A stretch of DNA of 64,000 nucleotides from the human T2T-CHM13v2.0 reference genome, Homo sapiens: assembly GCF_009914755.1 (NCBI RefSeq), contig NC_060942.1; one strand, written 5' to 3'. The translations under genes were made by a program, and so were the position numbers. The notes under the pieces were generated by a model. The model was not told the origin of the DNA. It saw only the letters and a program-made list of their open reading frames with translations, and did not search any database. Shown here one piece after another: positions 14,946 to 29,780 of this stretch; within the stretch, counting starts at the first letter, position 1; each line of letters begins with the position of its first letter.

Positions 14946-17900
14946 TGTAGTGACTCCTACACTTCAGCCTCCTCCTCCTCCTGATTTTCAGTTAAACAAT
15001 GTGGTGATTGTAAAATAAGATTAGGAATGATGTACATTAGAAAATGGATAGGCTTATCTTAATATTCAGTGCTGGATTTTTAACGTAATTTCTATACGTA
15101 GAGCAAAAATTAAATTTCCAGATAGTTTCTGGATCATTTTGCATGTTATCACATGCATATTTTTGTTTTAAATATGGCTTTGATGTATCACAAGTTGAGA
15201 ACATTTGAAAGAATTTATAATACTAAAAATAAAAGTTTTAACTTACTACTTACCTTCCAGCCACTGTGTTGCTTTGCATGTGCTGACCTTTCATATATTG
15301 ATTTACTTTGCGAAGGTTCTAATATATCAGTAAAGGCTGCCACACACTAACAGATGGAATCCAGTTGTCCTGTATGAACGTAGACAGTCAGCATGAGTTT
15401 TGTAAGGGCGAGCATGAGATGTGTATATGTGTATACATGTGTTCAGAGATGATGCTACTTTCTGACATTATGGACAATTATAAAAAATTCTGGTGAGTGG
15501 ATACGTGTCCTAGGAAATGCTAGAGCCAGTATTGACATTTCTCAAGCGATCTAGGAGTCCAGCAGTTTGAGAAGATAACCTCATTCTGCACTCATGAAGC
15601 CCCCTTCAAACTTAGCAGGTAATATGCTTGCAAATTTTAGTAATAATTTTATCCTTAAAAACATGTTTATATAGGTCGGCGGACAGAGTGACAATCAATA
15701 TGCATAGTCTGTAACATCAAAAGTTGGGTAGCTCCAGTTTGTGTAAACTAGGTGTGAGGGTTTACTTTGAACTCCCTTGTCTCTTAATTACGTGTCATAT
15801 GTTGGTTTCAAACGTGGTTTTGCTTCCCTGTTTAGTAGCTGATTCTTGCATTAATACTTTTCTTATTTATACAAAAAATATAGTACTTTTTTATGTTAAT
15901 GTTCAAGGGAAAACATTTTATATAATAACTATATAGCAAGCAAGGGAAAAAGCTTAAATTCTGAGTATAGAATAGGCAAAATGTTAAATTTCTTGGTAGG
16001 CAAACATGTAGGTTATGAAATAATTCTTTCAGAATAGACTTTAAATTGTCTATTGTGTAAATACAGGTTTTGATTTTTAAGAACTAAGGTGATAAATTGT
16101 AACATTAAGAATTGTTGTGCTGATACTTATTTAGGGAATTCTTAAAGCACAGATTATTGAGCCAACAGACTATAATGGCCAAAAGAAACCCTTCTTATTT
16201 CGCAGATCACTGAGGCGATAAACGATAATGGCTCAGCCACATCTATAGTGTGCGGTCAGCCTGCATGTACTACACACACTTAAGGCTTAGTAGTTCATAT
16301 CCAAAAAAGAATAATAAACTTCAGAAGGAAAAAGACTATGTAGCATCACTTTTTAAAAACTAATACTTTTAATTTAAACTTCGTAATGGAAAAGTTGTTG
16401 CTCTAAAATTTAGTACTTAGATTTAGTGCATGAGTTTCATTTATTTGAAATGCAGAAACACAAATGAAGGTCTGAAAATTACTTATTTTTTTCTTGTCTC
16501 TTAAGATTCTACTAGCAGTGGAAAATATAGGGCTTATTTGTTTCAAAGATACTTAAAAGAATATGCTTTTTATAGGAATTTCAGTTAGGTTAATGCATAG
16601 CCCTATATCAGTTTTGTAGTCAGGGTCCAAATTCGAAATGAAGAACTGATCCACAAATAGTTCAGCTGATGAAAGACAAGCAGTGTTAACAGTTGTGTTT
16701 TTCTGTACGTAGTCAGCCATGTACAAAGCTGTTCTTCTCTGCTAGTGCAGAGTAGCATGAATGAATTGGGTGTCAGAGTCGAGGCTTTTCAAATTGTCCT
16801 ATATTCACAGGGAAACTACAGGACAAACTAAAATAATTTAGTTTTCTGCAAGAGTTTAAATTGGCTATTTGAAGTTTTGCATTTTACTATTCTAAACTAC
16901 TTCTTTGTAAGGGGTAAGTACGCGTGAGTTTTAAAAGATGGGTGAGAGTGTTTGGATGCCGACATCCTGTTCACCCAGGGTGACATCATCAGCAGTAAGT
17001 GTTGCACAGGCACTTTGTTGAATCATGGATAGGGCCTGAGACTTTACAGCATTCGACGTCTGCTCCAATTTGCCGTGTACATTGATTGCTTAGGAACTTA
17101 GTAGTATGATGTGAGTTTTAATTTTGAGATGGTTTGAAGTGTTGCTGTGTCATGGAGATAAGGTCTGATTCTCACTCGTCCGAGCATTCATTTAAAAAAA
17201 AAAAAAAGCCTGATCTTTTCTTGATTAAGCAGGAGAATACCGTATTTACCCTTTATTGTTGGTATAAACCATTATTTTACTGAGAACCATTAGCTATTTA
17301 AAACTTGGTACATAAATTAAAGAGGAGCTAAATGGATTTGTGATCGTTGCCATTAGTAGCATTTTAGATTATACAGGCAATTATTGTGTTCATTATCCTA
17401 GAACAGCCCCTTTGCAGAATCATTGTGGTTGTCTTAGACATTATGCACAAATTTTCCCTTGGAGATTAAAATTTGCAGTAGCATATTTAATTTTGTTATT
17501 GCAGTTGTTTCAAATAAATATTATGACAAGTAGAAGAAAATTTGCTTTACTAATATAGGAGATGACAATGAATGTTGAAAATAACTTCTAAGTGTATTTA
17601 CATTACCTTTTCTTAAATAGTCGTAATTACTTCAAGTGATTAATATATTTTATGGGTGAAAAGTTTACAGTCATGGCAAAAGTTATCTGGTCTGTCCAGG
17701 TATTTAAGACATTTTTTAAAGAAGGAAGAGATCCACATCAAAACTAAAGTTACCACCTTCTTTATAGAATCTGTAACTTTATAAGTTAACTGGTTTTTAT
17801 TTTAAATAGTTTATAAGAGTTCAGATTGTATTTTAGATCAGTTGAAGAAAAGCATGTTTCAGAGAAATTGAATATTAAAAGATTATTAATTGAAGTGGGT

Positions 17901-20159
17901 TAAAAAAATGCAAGTGTTGAAATGTGTCTTTTCTTCTGTTTTGTTAGAATTGAAAAAATAAAATAAAATAAAAGCAACCTACAAGCTTTACACTATATGC
18001 TGTAGTTTGGTTACAAGTTATATTCCAGGAACAACAGTCATAGTTCAGAAAATGCCACCTGCAAGGCACAGCCCATCCTTGAAAAGTTATATTTTATTCC
18101 ACTAAATGTTTTATTGCTCTTAAGTTTAAAGGGGTTGGGAGAAGACAACATATACTTGGCTTCAAAGTGATTACATTCACTAGTCAAGCATCTGACCACA
18201 TCTGTCTTCATCAATGAGAAAGGTAATAATGCTTTGATGATCTGCATATCGGTGTGCAGTGGGCGGCTTTGAATGTTTCCATCCAATACGTGGCATTTTT
18301 TGAAAGGAAACTTTGTATTCATTTCTGAATGTTTTTGTCCTGGCTTTTACAGTTCCTCACTGCTATGTTGCAGGGGAAAGTGTGAGGTGGTGGTTATGCA
18401 TTTTGCAAGACAGTGATTCTTTATTTTATTACAAAAAAAGACCAACTCTGGAAGGCCAGATTAAATCATTCCTTTCACTTTTTAATGGGATTTGGATGAA
18501 TAGAGTAAAATATGCACTTTGCATTCATTGATAGCATCTTTAGGTTGAGGTAATTGAGTCTTTTTTCCCTGAGTGAATGAATAATGACTTCATCTGATCC
18601 TCAGTGAGGCCTGAAACTTAGACCGCCTTTGTCACAGCAAAAGGATCTGGGCTTTGAAACATGCTCTACTTCCCTGGCTTAATTTTTCTTCATTTTAATC
18701 CAAAAACCTATTTTTCTCAATAATTCAAGCATAAACTATGTAGTAGTTGAAGTAGCGGAAATTGCACGATATTTGTCCTGGTTGTGCTGCTTTTTAAATA
18801 GAGCTGATAAATCAGCCGCTGTGGTCTTCAGCTGCCCCATTCTCAAGGGAAGGCACAGCCCATACCCGCAGCAGCGTTGGGAACTTCAGAACTGGTTGAG
18901 TACCGCTCCCTTTCCGACCATTTGTGATCTGGGGGAGCGGCGCTGTTACTGGTACTGTGGCTGACCCAGAGAAGAGAAAGCCCCATGCTGGAGCTCCGAG
19001 ATGCTGCTGTGGACGTTTTACTTGGCTAGAAGGGGATCTGCTGCTGTGAATTAGAGGGCAGTGTGCTTTCTTGGGAGAATATAGAGCTGGGAATGTGCAG
19101 TCTTTGAAGAGTTTCTGTTGAAAATGAGCTGCTGTCTGTGTTGCTGTATTGCAACATGGAGAAGAGTTTTTGTGGCAGGCCAAGTGTCTCATTAATTGTT
19201 ACATTAGAATCAAGTCACTATTTCATATAAAACTGACACTTTGTGTTTGAAGTGTCCTCAGGAGTCTTACACAGTGAAGTGGCCAAGTGAGCCCTGTGGC
19301 AGTGTGCGCAGGACAGATCACAGGAGGGGCCGCCCCACCCCGCTGAATGCGGCATCCCGTCTGTGTTGGTCATGGAACCCACACTCGGCACACCAGTCCC
19401 ATGGCTTTAGGGTCCTTGTCATCGCTACTGTTGTGAAAGGCCATGAAGTATTTATTAACCGATGGTAGTGCTGACTGTCGGCCACAGGAAGTGATTTAAA
19501 ACAAGCCTGGTTAGAAAAGAAAACTTACTATTTTATGATTCTGTTTTATAACATAGATCACTGGTGTTCATCTTATTTCTCCTACTAGATTAGCTTGTAG
19601 GTAAAATCTTATAGTTAGCTTATTTTCATAACCTTAGAGTTTAGCACAAAATGTAGTAGACATTTCAATTTATTTGTTTAATTAGTTGACTTTTCTTCGC
19701 AGCTGCACTTAATGGACTTTCTGACAAAGTTTTATTTTTGCTTGATAACTGCAGGTTCTGATGATCTCATGAGAGTTTGTGGAAAATATTAATCAAAACC
19801 AGATATAAACTAAATATATGAGTTGTGGGAAAAGGCTAGCTTTCTATTGGGCAAAGTTGCAGATTTTTCAAAAGGCACTACAAAATAAACCAAGTTATTT
19901 ATTAGCTCAGTAATTCTCAAACTTTATTTTTTTTAATCAGGTTTTTTGCAGTCATGTTTTCTTTGTGTACTCCTTTTCAAAAGTTGTTCCAGATTCAGGA
20001 GAAATTGAGATGGCAGATAGATAACTAACCTGATAGAATTTAGTCTTCCGCTAATGTCACATAGATCAGAAATAAGTAGGTAAGTTAAGTACATGCTGTT
20101 CCCTGACCTAGTGATGCCAAAGGCAGTGGCCTCTCACCCTGGCACCTCTGCCCTGTGGG

Positions 20160-20500
20160 TACCACCACTTACAGATGAGGAAAACGAGGTCTAACAAAGA
20201 GTTTAAGGGTGTTCCTCAAGTCACACATTTAGTAAACAGAGGAAGTGGATTCCAATCCAAGTGTGTAGTAAGAGCAGTAGCAGCACACATGGGGGGCGTA
20301 CTGCCCAGTAGGAACCGTGGCCACTGTGCCATGCGCTCCCTCTTCGCATCCCCTGGGGGCTGTAAGGAAAACATCCCAGAATCCCTATTTTACAGATAAG
20401 AAAACCAAAGCCCAGCTTGCCCAAGGTTATGCCGCTAAGTGGCAGGGCCAGCATCTAAATTAGCCTAAATCCAGAGTCCCGAGGAATCCTAGTTGCTGTG
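20160..20500 (-). mobile_element. Two MIR core fragments
   Basis: ttacagatgaggaaaacgagg...caagtcacaca and ccctattttacagataagaaaaccaaagccc...ttgcccaaggtta. Confidence 0.7.
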
Positions 20501-21493
20501 CTGTGTCACTTCTCCCACCCTTCCTGCAGCGCCGAGTTCCCTCTCATCCCCCAGCCCTACTCACTGGACTGCCTTGTGGTCTTTCAGGGCTGAAAGCAAG
20601 CAAGGAGAAACAGTCCATAGCGATTGCTAGAGCTCGAAATTGAAGCTACATGCTTCAGAAGAGCTGTATTCTCTTAACTTGTGCAGTGAGAGCTGCTTGG
20701 GTTGCTAGTTCTCTCTGTTTCCAAGATCCTATACAGAATGCAGCCAAAAAATTGAACTGATGCTTATTGACATAATTTGCCCTCACAGTTTGCTCAGCTG
20801 GTAAACGATCCATAGAATGGACTTGCATGTAGCGTGCCTTACTGGGAGAACACACAATGTAAGATCTGTGCAAATTAAAAAGGTTTTATTTTAAGCTAGC
20901 TAACTATTGCTTTTTTTTTTTTTTTTTCTGTAAGACAAGTTCTTTCAGAGAGACTGCTGGTAGATGGGAAAGACATACATACTGTCCTGTTCTTGGGAAC
21001 TCTCCATCTTGAGTAGAATCCTCATGGGGGAGGTGCAGAGGCACCCACACGGATAACAGAGGCATGGTCATGGCGTAGCACATGCAAGGAAGACCCGCCT
21101 GCGCCCTCAGAAGTCTCTGTTCCCGGGCTGGGCCCTCAGAACTCTGTGTTCCCCTGCTGCGCGCCGAGCAAGCTTCCAGTGCCCTTCTCTAGGCTTGCGT
21201 TTCACTTTGCCTGAGCCGGTGACCAGCGCGCCACCCTCCAGAGGCCGTGTCTGAGTTCACTGCGGCTGTGTGCTCTGGCCCGTGTTTTGTCAGTAGACCC
21301 TTTCTGGAAATGCTCTGGGGATCATGATTCATTTCTAGAAATTCTGCCTGAATTTTCATATTTCATTATAATAAAGGCTAATACCAATAAATTTTAAAGT
21401 TTTTTTTTTATGTCATCACTACCATGCATTCTGATTTATAATATTAGGGACATTGTGGTTAGCTTGTTCATGTATTATGTGTTTTTCTTTCAG

Positions 21494-21654
21494 GTTGGTT
21501 TGTTGGACCTTGAACTCAATCGGCTGACGAAAGCGCTATTTTTGGCTTTAGTTGCTCTTTCCATTGTTATGGTAACCTTACAAGGATTTGTGGGTCCATG
21601 GTACCGCAATCTTTTTCGGTTCCTTCTCCTCTTTTCTTACATCATTCCCATAAG
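21494..21654 (+). CDS. ATP9B: Internal coding exon of P4-ATPase (phospholipid flippase) ATP9B; transmembrane segments up to the IIPI(S) motif
   Basis: Acceptor gtttttctttcag|GTT (AG 21492-21493) and donor AG|gtaagt (21655). Translates [53 protein letters not shown] plus AG (161 nt, phase 0 to phase 2), which I recognise as ATP9B. Confidence 0.95.
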
Positions 21655-22879
21655 GTAAGTTTAAAAATGAAAATAAAACAAATGTCTGGTTTCATTGAGT
21701 ATGATTTTATTGAATTTATCTTTCTCAGTATGAAAGAAATTACCCAAACAAAGCTAGAGAAGTAGGAGCCAGAAGTTCTGAGGAATCTTGAGGAATTCTT
21801 CTGTGGAAATGTTGTTGGGGGAGACGTCATCAGTGCCGGTAGAATGATCTAGAGGTGCCATACTTTCCTGATAGTGAATGTGTTGATGGTGTCTTCTTCA
21901 ACAATCAGAAGATATTTCCTGATGAAACATAAACCAGAATTTCACAAAATTAGTTTTGTTTTTTGCTGATAGACTTTTAAATGTCCAGTGCCCTTTGATC
22001 TGTGTGGAATCACTGGCATTTTAAAGTTCTATTTAATATATCTAATATCTGTCAAGTTAGATAAAATATTAAGGCTGTGTTTTAGTAGGGACTATCATTT
22101 CAGAATGTTAACCTATATTATAACTACAGATTGGAATATAAATAGTTCATATTAGATGCCTATTTAATGTAAAGACTAATATTTTACCATATAAACATAA
22201 ATCCATTTTAAACTATTTTCTAAAATATTTTAAGAAAGATATTCTTAATATATATGATTTAAAATTTTCATAGGAATGAGCAACTGAAACCTAATGATGG
22301 ATAAAGTATGAATCTAGAATATCTACCTTTTGTAACAGAGAATGGACTAAAACGGTATAGAATGCTTAGGCTCAAGGATGTAGCCACTTTGAAGAGAAAG
22401 ATATCTCTATTTCTAAACCAGCTTTCTCCAAAATTTGCTCTAAAAGGTGATGTCTCTTCCATTTACTTACGTCATAAAGTCAGAGCTATAATCTGTTCTT
22501 GGGATGTGTACACACTGCACTGCCCTCACAGGCAGTCACCAGGAATGAATCCAGTTGCTCTCACCCAGTCTGTTCGAGAGGTAGGAAATCAGCCTCCTTT
22601 CTGCCCGTCACAGTACAGATTCCTGTGGATGCTGCCTTCCATGGTGTTGCTGGTTCACGGGTGGCCAGGCCTGTGCAGAGAGCACGCAGCAAATAGCAAC
22701 TTCTCATTGCGGCTGTGTAACTTGCTGCTGACATAGATTTTCTGCACTCCATAAAGCTGACTGCAGAGATGGCTGTTCCAGCCTGGCTTGTGGATTAAAC
22801 CTAATAAGGCCCAGCTTCCCCGCTCTCCTCTCCCACCACACTGCAGCTATCCCCATGTGCCAGCTGCTTCCCACCCTAG

Positions 22880-23217
22880 CTGTGTCCTCTGCTTCAGTGC
22901 TCCTCTACCTCATCATTCCATGGCTGGGCTTGTCTTGTCACTCGGCTCTTACCCTAAATACCTTTCCTCAGAGAGGCTGCGTTTGTCTGCTCAGTACAGA
23001 CCAAGAAACAGCCAGCCACTTGCTATCATAGCAGCCTATTGAATTCTGTGTAGATCTCTATGACATTCATCTTGTTTGTTGCCTGTTTCTCTCTTCTCAC
23101 TAAGCCCTGTGAGAATAGAGGCCTTGTATGTCCCGTTTGTTGTTGTGTCCTAGTTAGGACCTAGAACGGAGCACGCTTGGGATGTGGTAGGGCCTCTGTA
23201 AGTATTTGTTGAATGGA
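22880..23217 (+). mobile_element. L2 3' end
   Basis: taagccctgtgagaatagaggccttgt...cctagaacggagcacg...gtagggcctctgtaagtatttgttgaatg. Confidence 0.7.
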
Positions 23218-24049
23218 CCCATTACAAAGGCCCCATCCTGCTCAGAGGACCCGAGCGCAGATTGTCACAGTTCTTGTGCCGGCATGTATTGAGTGCCACA
23301 GGTGGACTCTGGAGACACAATCTTTGTCCTCAAAATACCCCCCGCCCACTGGCTAAGTGGCAATAAACAAACTATAACCAGAAAGTAACCTGCCTTTTTT
23401 ATCTGACTGTCATGCCAGAATTTACTTCTTCAGATGTGATGGTCCTTCAGGTAGTTCTCATTTGTTGTTCAGCCTAAGCACTCACTTTGATCCCAGGCCC
23501 TTCACACATTGCATCTTCTCTCCACCAGCTTCCTCCATTTGATGCCACCCACTCCCCAAGAGTCTCCTTTGTCTCCATACACATGAATGAGCCCTAATCT
23601 CCATTGTTGTATTGTCCAGTGTCGTGTGAGAAGATAGGTTAGCCATCAAGTGAAGGAGGAGATAAGACATTTCACCTGCTTTTCTTAGTTTCTGCCAGCT
23701 GGAATGCCTGTCTCAGGCAAAGCAGGCTGCAGTGACTGACTCAGATGGAGGAGCTGCTTCTGCTCCTAGAGCTGCAGTGAGCCCCTCCTGACACTGCAGC
23801 CTTGCTCACTCAAAGACCTTCTGACGAATGGGGTCGAGTCTCTGGTTCTCAGTAGCTCCACGTAAGGCACATAGAGGGGCACATATGCATGTTTGTGCCA
23901 GCTTGAGAACCTGTCTCAAGGGTGGTGTATTTTTCTCCTGTGGAGCAAATGTATTCCAACTCCCAAAATATGTTGATAGACACTTCTGAGATACTGCTTT
24001 TTGGGTTATATTAGGTTATGCATTCATTTTTATTAGAGCTTCATGACAC

Positions 24050-24370
24050 AGAACGTGTTTGGGATTCTTCTCCTGCAAGTTGCTTCCAGAGCCTCATAGC
24101 ATGTTGTTTTCGTTACCACTTGCTTTGTGGATTGGTACATGGTCATTTTATAAATATTCCATGTGTGCTTTAAAAATATATATTTTTTTACATGAAGTTA
24201 TTCTATAAATATCCATTAGATTGATCTTTAATTTTTAATATCATGTATGTGCTTTACTGTCTTTTTTTTAAAAAACTCCTTAACTTTTTAGTTACTGAGA
24301 GTGTGCAAATCTGTCACCATAATAATGAATTTGTCTATTTTCCCATGCCATTTTGTGAATTCTAGCTAGC

Positions 24371-24402
<32 letters not shown>

Positions 24403-24900
24403 CATAGTGAGGCTATGTTATTAGTTGCCTATAGGTTTAGAATAGCTCTTATTATTCTGGTGAATGAAAATCTCTTATAAACAGCATTAGCTAGGTGGTA
24501 GTGGTGTTTTCTTAAATCCCATGCTACCATCTTTACACTTACTGTGATTAATACTTTATTTGCATTAATTTATGTCACCTTGTTTTTGCTGTTTGTTTTA
24601 CTTCTATATTTATTTTTCTTTCTTGCAATCTTTGGAGTTTTTTAAATTCCATTTTTTCTTTTAACTTGAAGTGATACCCTATATTTCTATTATTGTGGTT
24701 TCCTTAGAAATTTTACATATTTAATATATAATATTTAGTAAAGTTTAAAGTTAAGCTTTATCTTTACTCTCCTCTCAATCAATGCTAAGACCTTAAAATA
24801 TTTTAAGTCAGCTCATCTTCCCTCTCCCATCCACTTACATGCTTTATTTAGTCGACATTTGCTTTCATTTTGCTGTCCTGTTTGGTTTATACTCAGTGTT
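24050..24900 (-). mobile_element. Ancient L1M fragment with (TA)n at 24371-24396
   Basis: T-rich degenerate L1 antisense sequence (tattccatgtgtgcttt, tctataaatatccattag, gaggctatgttattagttgc). Confidence 0.5.
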
Positions 24901-25124
24901 TGCACTAGACCTCCGGGCCGCAGCCTTCTTGGCATTACTGCAGTAGTCAAAGGGTGCTTCTAGCGAATCATCCTACATATTCTTGATCAGTCTTTTTTCA
25001 AAAAGGATAAGGGCTTTTAGCAGGGTAAATTTCATTTACAGAAGAATAACCTTAATGATTATGTTTGAAGTAAGACTTGGAAAATACAGTGCGTATTATT
25101 CACATTCAATCCTATTGCTTTTTA

Positions 25125-25456
<332 letters not shown>

Positions 25457-26303
25457 TCAGTAAATAGTCAAAGCTGATGCACCGGCCCCTGCTGACACAG
25501 AGCAAATGGGCAGGCCATCCAGTGCCCTTGGCCTCTTCTTAATTGGAGGGGATAGGCATAAGCATTTAAACGAAACAGTTACATAGTGGTAAACACTGTT
25601 AGTAAAGTCAAACCGGGCACTGGAACAGAGAGAACCTTGCAGGGCTTCAGAGCAATGTGGGGCTTCCCTGGCCTGGTGTTTATTAAGCGGCAGGCTGCAT
25701 GGTGAGGCCACCGTGGAAGACCTGGGGAAAATGTCTTGGCAGAGAAAGCACATTGTCCCAGCACAGCAGAGACGGCCTGTGGCTGGCACAAGTGCACTCC
25801 AGCTCAGCCTCCCCAGCCTCCAGCACAGGGCGCCTGCTCCCATCTCTGTCCAGCAAACACATCTTTTTCTAGGAATTCCTTTTTCTTCTTTGCTTTCATT
25901 AATTTGATTTTTCTTAATGTCAGTTGATTTCTTTCAGTTCTAGAATGTCACATGATGTTCCTTTCAAGACTGCTTCTCTTTCACCACGTAAAAGGCCTAA
26001 TGAGAGCTTTGCTTCCTTTTGTATCTAGGGCACCTCTGTCTTTAACTGACAGCATTGAAGAGTATTGAGACTTTTATTACATTTTAGTGAAATATTTTAT
26101 TTATATGGACTATCTCCAACCACTTCTTTCTTTAGTAAAATAACATAGAAAGATTTGACCTTTTACCTTTATCCAGTTGCCAAGAAAAATTAATTATAGT
26201 TATGAAAATTAGTTTACGCAATAAGCATTTTTTAACTAAAACTAATTTTTGTTTTCATACCTCAGTAATTATATGTATTTATAGTAAAACAAAATAGAAA
26301 ATA

Positions 26304-26579
<276 letters not shown>

Positions 26580-27949
26580 TTATCTGTAATCCTGCTGTCT
26601 CCACTTAAATTCTGTCAAACCTTTCCAATGTGTTTATACAGACTTACAAATATGACTATGCATATTTATATCTACATACAACACCCACACCCCAGGTGAA
26701 GTCTGTGTATCCTTTTCTAGTGTCTGCTTAGAAAATGAGGATGATAGCCGGCTTTCTGCGGGTCTCTCTTGCTCTAGTTTTTCAGTCAGCTGTTTTATGT
26801 TTAGCATGTTCAGTCATGCTTGGAGAGACTTACGAAGCAGAACTGTCAGTTCCCCTCTGTTTAGCTCCAGAACATCTCACACCCACTTCAACACAAGGCT
26901 CTACCATGTTTCTCTCACTCAGGATGCAGTTACACAGGGTGCACGCAGGGATGAGAACCGTTGATGTCAAAAGCACAGGACACTGATTTGGGAAATTAAA
27001 GTTCACATTTTATTAAAGCCAAGTTTGTTTTCCTTTTGCAAATTTTCCGTAAAATATGAATAATGATACATTCTAGTATTTGCTAAATATGCTTTTGGAT
27101 TGAATAAAGGGTAAGACTTCTAAAATATGTTTTGGTTTTGCACAGTATACAAATCTGTTGTCCTAACACTCTTAAAAGGCTTTTCAAATTTAAGAAAGTT
27201 AAGCTGTTTTATAAAAATTCCTCTGTATGAAGTAAAATATTTTGAGCTACTTGATACAATTTACATTGTAAATTTCAGAGGAAAATATTATAGTATTTAA
27301 CGTTGACTTTTGTAATTCTAAAATTCATATATGTTCCCTAAATCCTGTGCATCTCTCATAAGAAAAGGAAAACTGATGATCAGAATTCTGTATTCATTTA
27401 AAGTTCTCTGAGGTCAGGGACTTGCAGTTACTTCCCTCTTTATTAACTCTTTCGTCCGTATGCTTTGAAATGCTATATACCATTGTAGTTGATAATGCAA
27501 AAACTGTCTTATCAGTGCTGGGTCAGAGTGTTTTTACTCCCACATGAGGCATATGTGGGTGCTAGAGGCAGAATGTTGTTTGACAAAGTGATAAAGGTGT
27601 TCCTTCTGAGAACACTGAAGAACCTCTTGTAAATACAGTGGCTTTGTTGAAAGCACTGAAGGTGAAGGGTGTTTGTGTGGCTTAGGGACAGGGTTTCCTC
27701 TCATTTACCAAGGGTCTAGCCTCCAACCCAGTGAGCGTGGGGATGCTTGCCTGTGAGCTTCCAGAGCAGACGGACCAGGGACCCCAAGTGCTCTGTGCAG
27801 TCAGCACACCCCCAGATGGAAGACCAAAAGTGTCAGGCAGCACAGGCACAGCAGTCATTGCTCCTGGATTTAGGAGAGAACTTTTCTGAAGGAAAACTTT
27901 TAAGAGCTTTATCAGGTTACTTTTCGGTTAGGTACCCTTTCTGTGACAT

Positions 27950-29348
27950 TTTACAGGTTTTTGCTAATTTACCAAACATCTTTAGTAAGACCTCATTTTC
28001 CAGGTAGAATGCTTGGTGAAAAGAGTGTTTTCAACTTCTTTAGACCTAGATTTGATATTCAGGTATTGATGATTTGGAAAATTTGGAGCCTATCCAGATC
28101 ACATAAAATGCTAATATTGGGAGATTCACTGTTTGGAAAGCATTCACCAAGGGTGTGTCCAGGTGGCGTTTTGCTCTTTGAAGAGATAGATTAGGGGCAG
28201 GTGTTAGTCCGTTCTCACCCTGCTGTGAAGATACTATACTAGACTGGGTAATTGATGAACAAAGGAGGTTGAATTGACTCACAGTTCTGCATGGCTAAGG
28301 AGGCCCCAGGAAACTTGCAATCATGGCGGAAGGGGAAGTAGTCACCTTCACAAGTCACCTTCACAAGGCAGCAGGAGAAAGTGTGAGCATGTGAAGGAGG
28401 AACCATCCCACACTCATCAAACCATCAGAACGCATGAGAACTCACTCATTATCACGAGAACAGCATGGAGGAAACCGCCCCCATGATCCAGTCACCCATC
28501 TCCCTCTACACACGGGGAGTACAATTCGAGATGAGATTCGGGTGGGGACACAGAGCCAGACCATTTCAGGGGCTGACTAAAGGATCTACTCAGCAACTCT
28601 GCAGAAACCAGGAATAGAGATGGGTTATCCAAGAAGGATCTGTGTTGGAGTCTGTTTTCTGATAGTGTGGACTCTCAGGATATGCACAGGAGACCCATCA
28701 TGTTTTATCAGCAGAAACTACCAGCTTGACCTAAAGGAACAGAGACAGGATGAGATGAGAGAAGCCTGTTGGACTCCCAGAATCTTACAGGCAGGAAACA
28801 GCTTGATAGAGCTACTGGCTGCAAGCATGTGCTCCCTTTCAGAAAGAGGAAGAATGACCCCAAGGTCAAAATTGGCATGAGCAGTGCAGAGGCCATGGAG
28901 CTGCCAGCCTAAGGGCAGAGCACTGAGACACAGTTCTTCTATTATTCTCAGCTCTCGAAACTTAACAGTTTGCCTTGCTGAATTTCAAACTTGCTTGGGA
29001 TCAGTGATCTTGTATTCCTTCCAGTTTCTCCCATTTGGAATGGAAATACCTATTTATCCTTGTCCCACCACTGTATTTTGGGAGCAGATAGCTTGTTTTC
29101 TAGTTTCACAGGGTCCACAGGTGGAGAGGAACTTAGGTCCCAGCATGGACCATGGCCAGTGTCTCACCCATGCCAAATTTAGATGGTTTAGATGATGAGA
29201 TCTGGGGCCTTTGAGCAGATGCTGTTTGGATGAAATTTTGGACTTAATGTTGATGCTATAATAGGCCGAGACATTAGGGATATTGGGATGGGGTAAATGT
29301 ATTCTGCATTTGGGACCAGTGTAAATTTGCGAGTGCTAGAGGGTGGAC
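27950..29348 (+). mobile_element. MaLR (MLT1) internal sequence, interrupted by an MST LTR
   Basis: ccaggaatagagatgggttatcc, tctcccatttggaatggaaat, ccaccactgtattttggg, gggatggggtaaatgtatt, then a purine-rich end just before the LTR. 5' boundary uncertain. Confidence 0.65.
28199..28568. mobile_element. MST-type (MaLR) solo LTR nested in MLT1-int
   Basis: gtgttagtccgttctc...gactcacagttctgcatggct...ggaaacttgcaatcatggcggaagg...gggtggggacacagagccagaccatttca; 5-bp TSD ggggc at 28194-28198 and 28569-28573. Confidence 0.88.
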
Positions 29349-29780
29349 TCCCATGCATGCCGTGATGGCCCCCAGAACATGTGCCCATATGAAATCTGTG
29401 AGTGGGACCTTACTTGAGAAAAGAGTCTTTGCAGTTATAATTAAGATAATGATCTCTAAACGAGACCATCCTGAATTAGAGTAGGCCCTCATTGCAGTGA
29501 ATGTCCTTGTAATCAAAGGAGTGGGAATACGCCAAGGAGAAGGTGAGGTGAAGACAGTGGCAGAAACTGGAATGATTCCTCTACGAGCCAGGGCACGCCA
29601 AGGACTGTGAGCAGATCCAGAGCTGGAGAGAGGCAGAGCAGCCCACCTCCACCCTCCACACCCCACCACCCCCGACCAGTCCAGGAGGAAACAGCTCTGC
29701 CTGCACCTTCCAGATGGTGAGAAAATAAAATTCTGTTGCTTTAAGACATCTAGTGATGGCATCTTTAAGAAACCAGTACA
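29349..29780 (+). mobile_element. MLT1B/C-type LTR
   Basis: gtctttgcagttataattaag, gtgaagacagtggcagaaactgga, ccaaggactg, gtgagaaaataaaattctgttgctttaag...aaaccagtaca. Confidence 0.78.

Noticed and set aside
21410-21493. ORF-track N-terminal extension [10 protein letters not shown]... of the first exon
   Set aside because: Intronic; a canonical pyrimidine tract and AG sit at 21481-21493 and ATP9B similarity starts at VGLLD.
21655-21680. In-frame TAA plus AATAAA (21672-77) after the first exon as an intronic poly(A) site
   Set aside because: The donor is perfect consensus (AG|gtaagt) and the hexamer sits in A-rich sequence only 17 nt away, so chance is likely.
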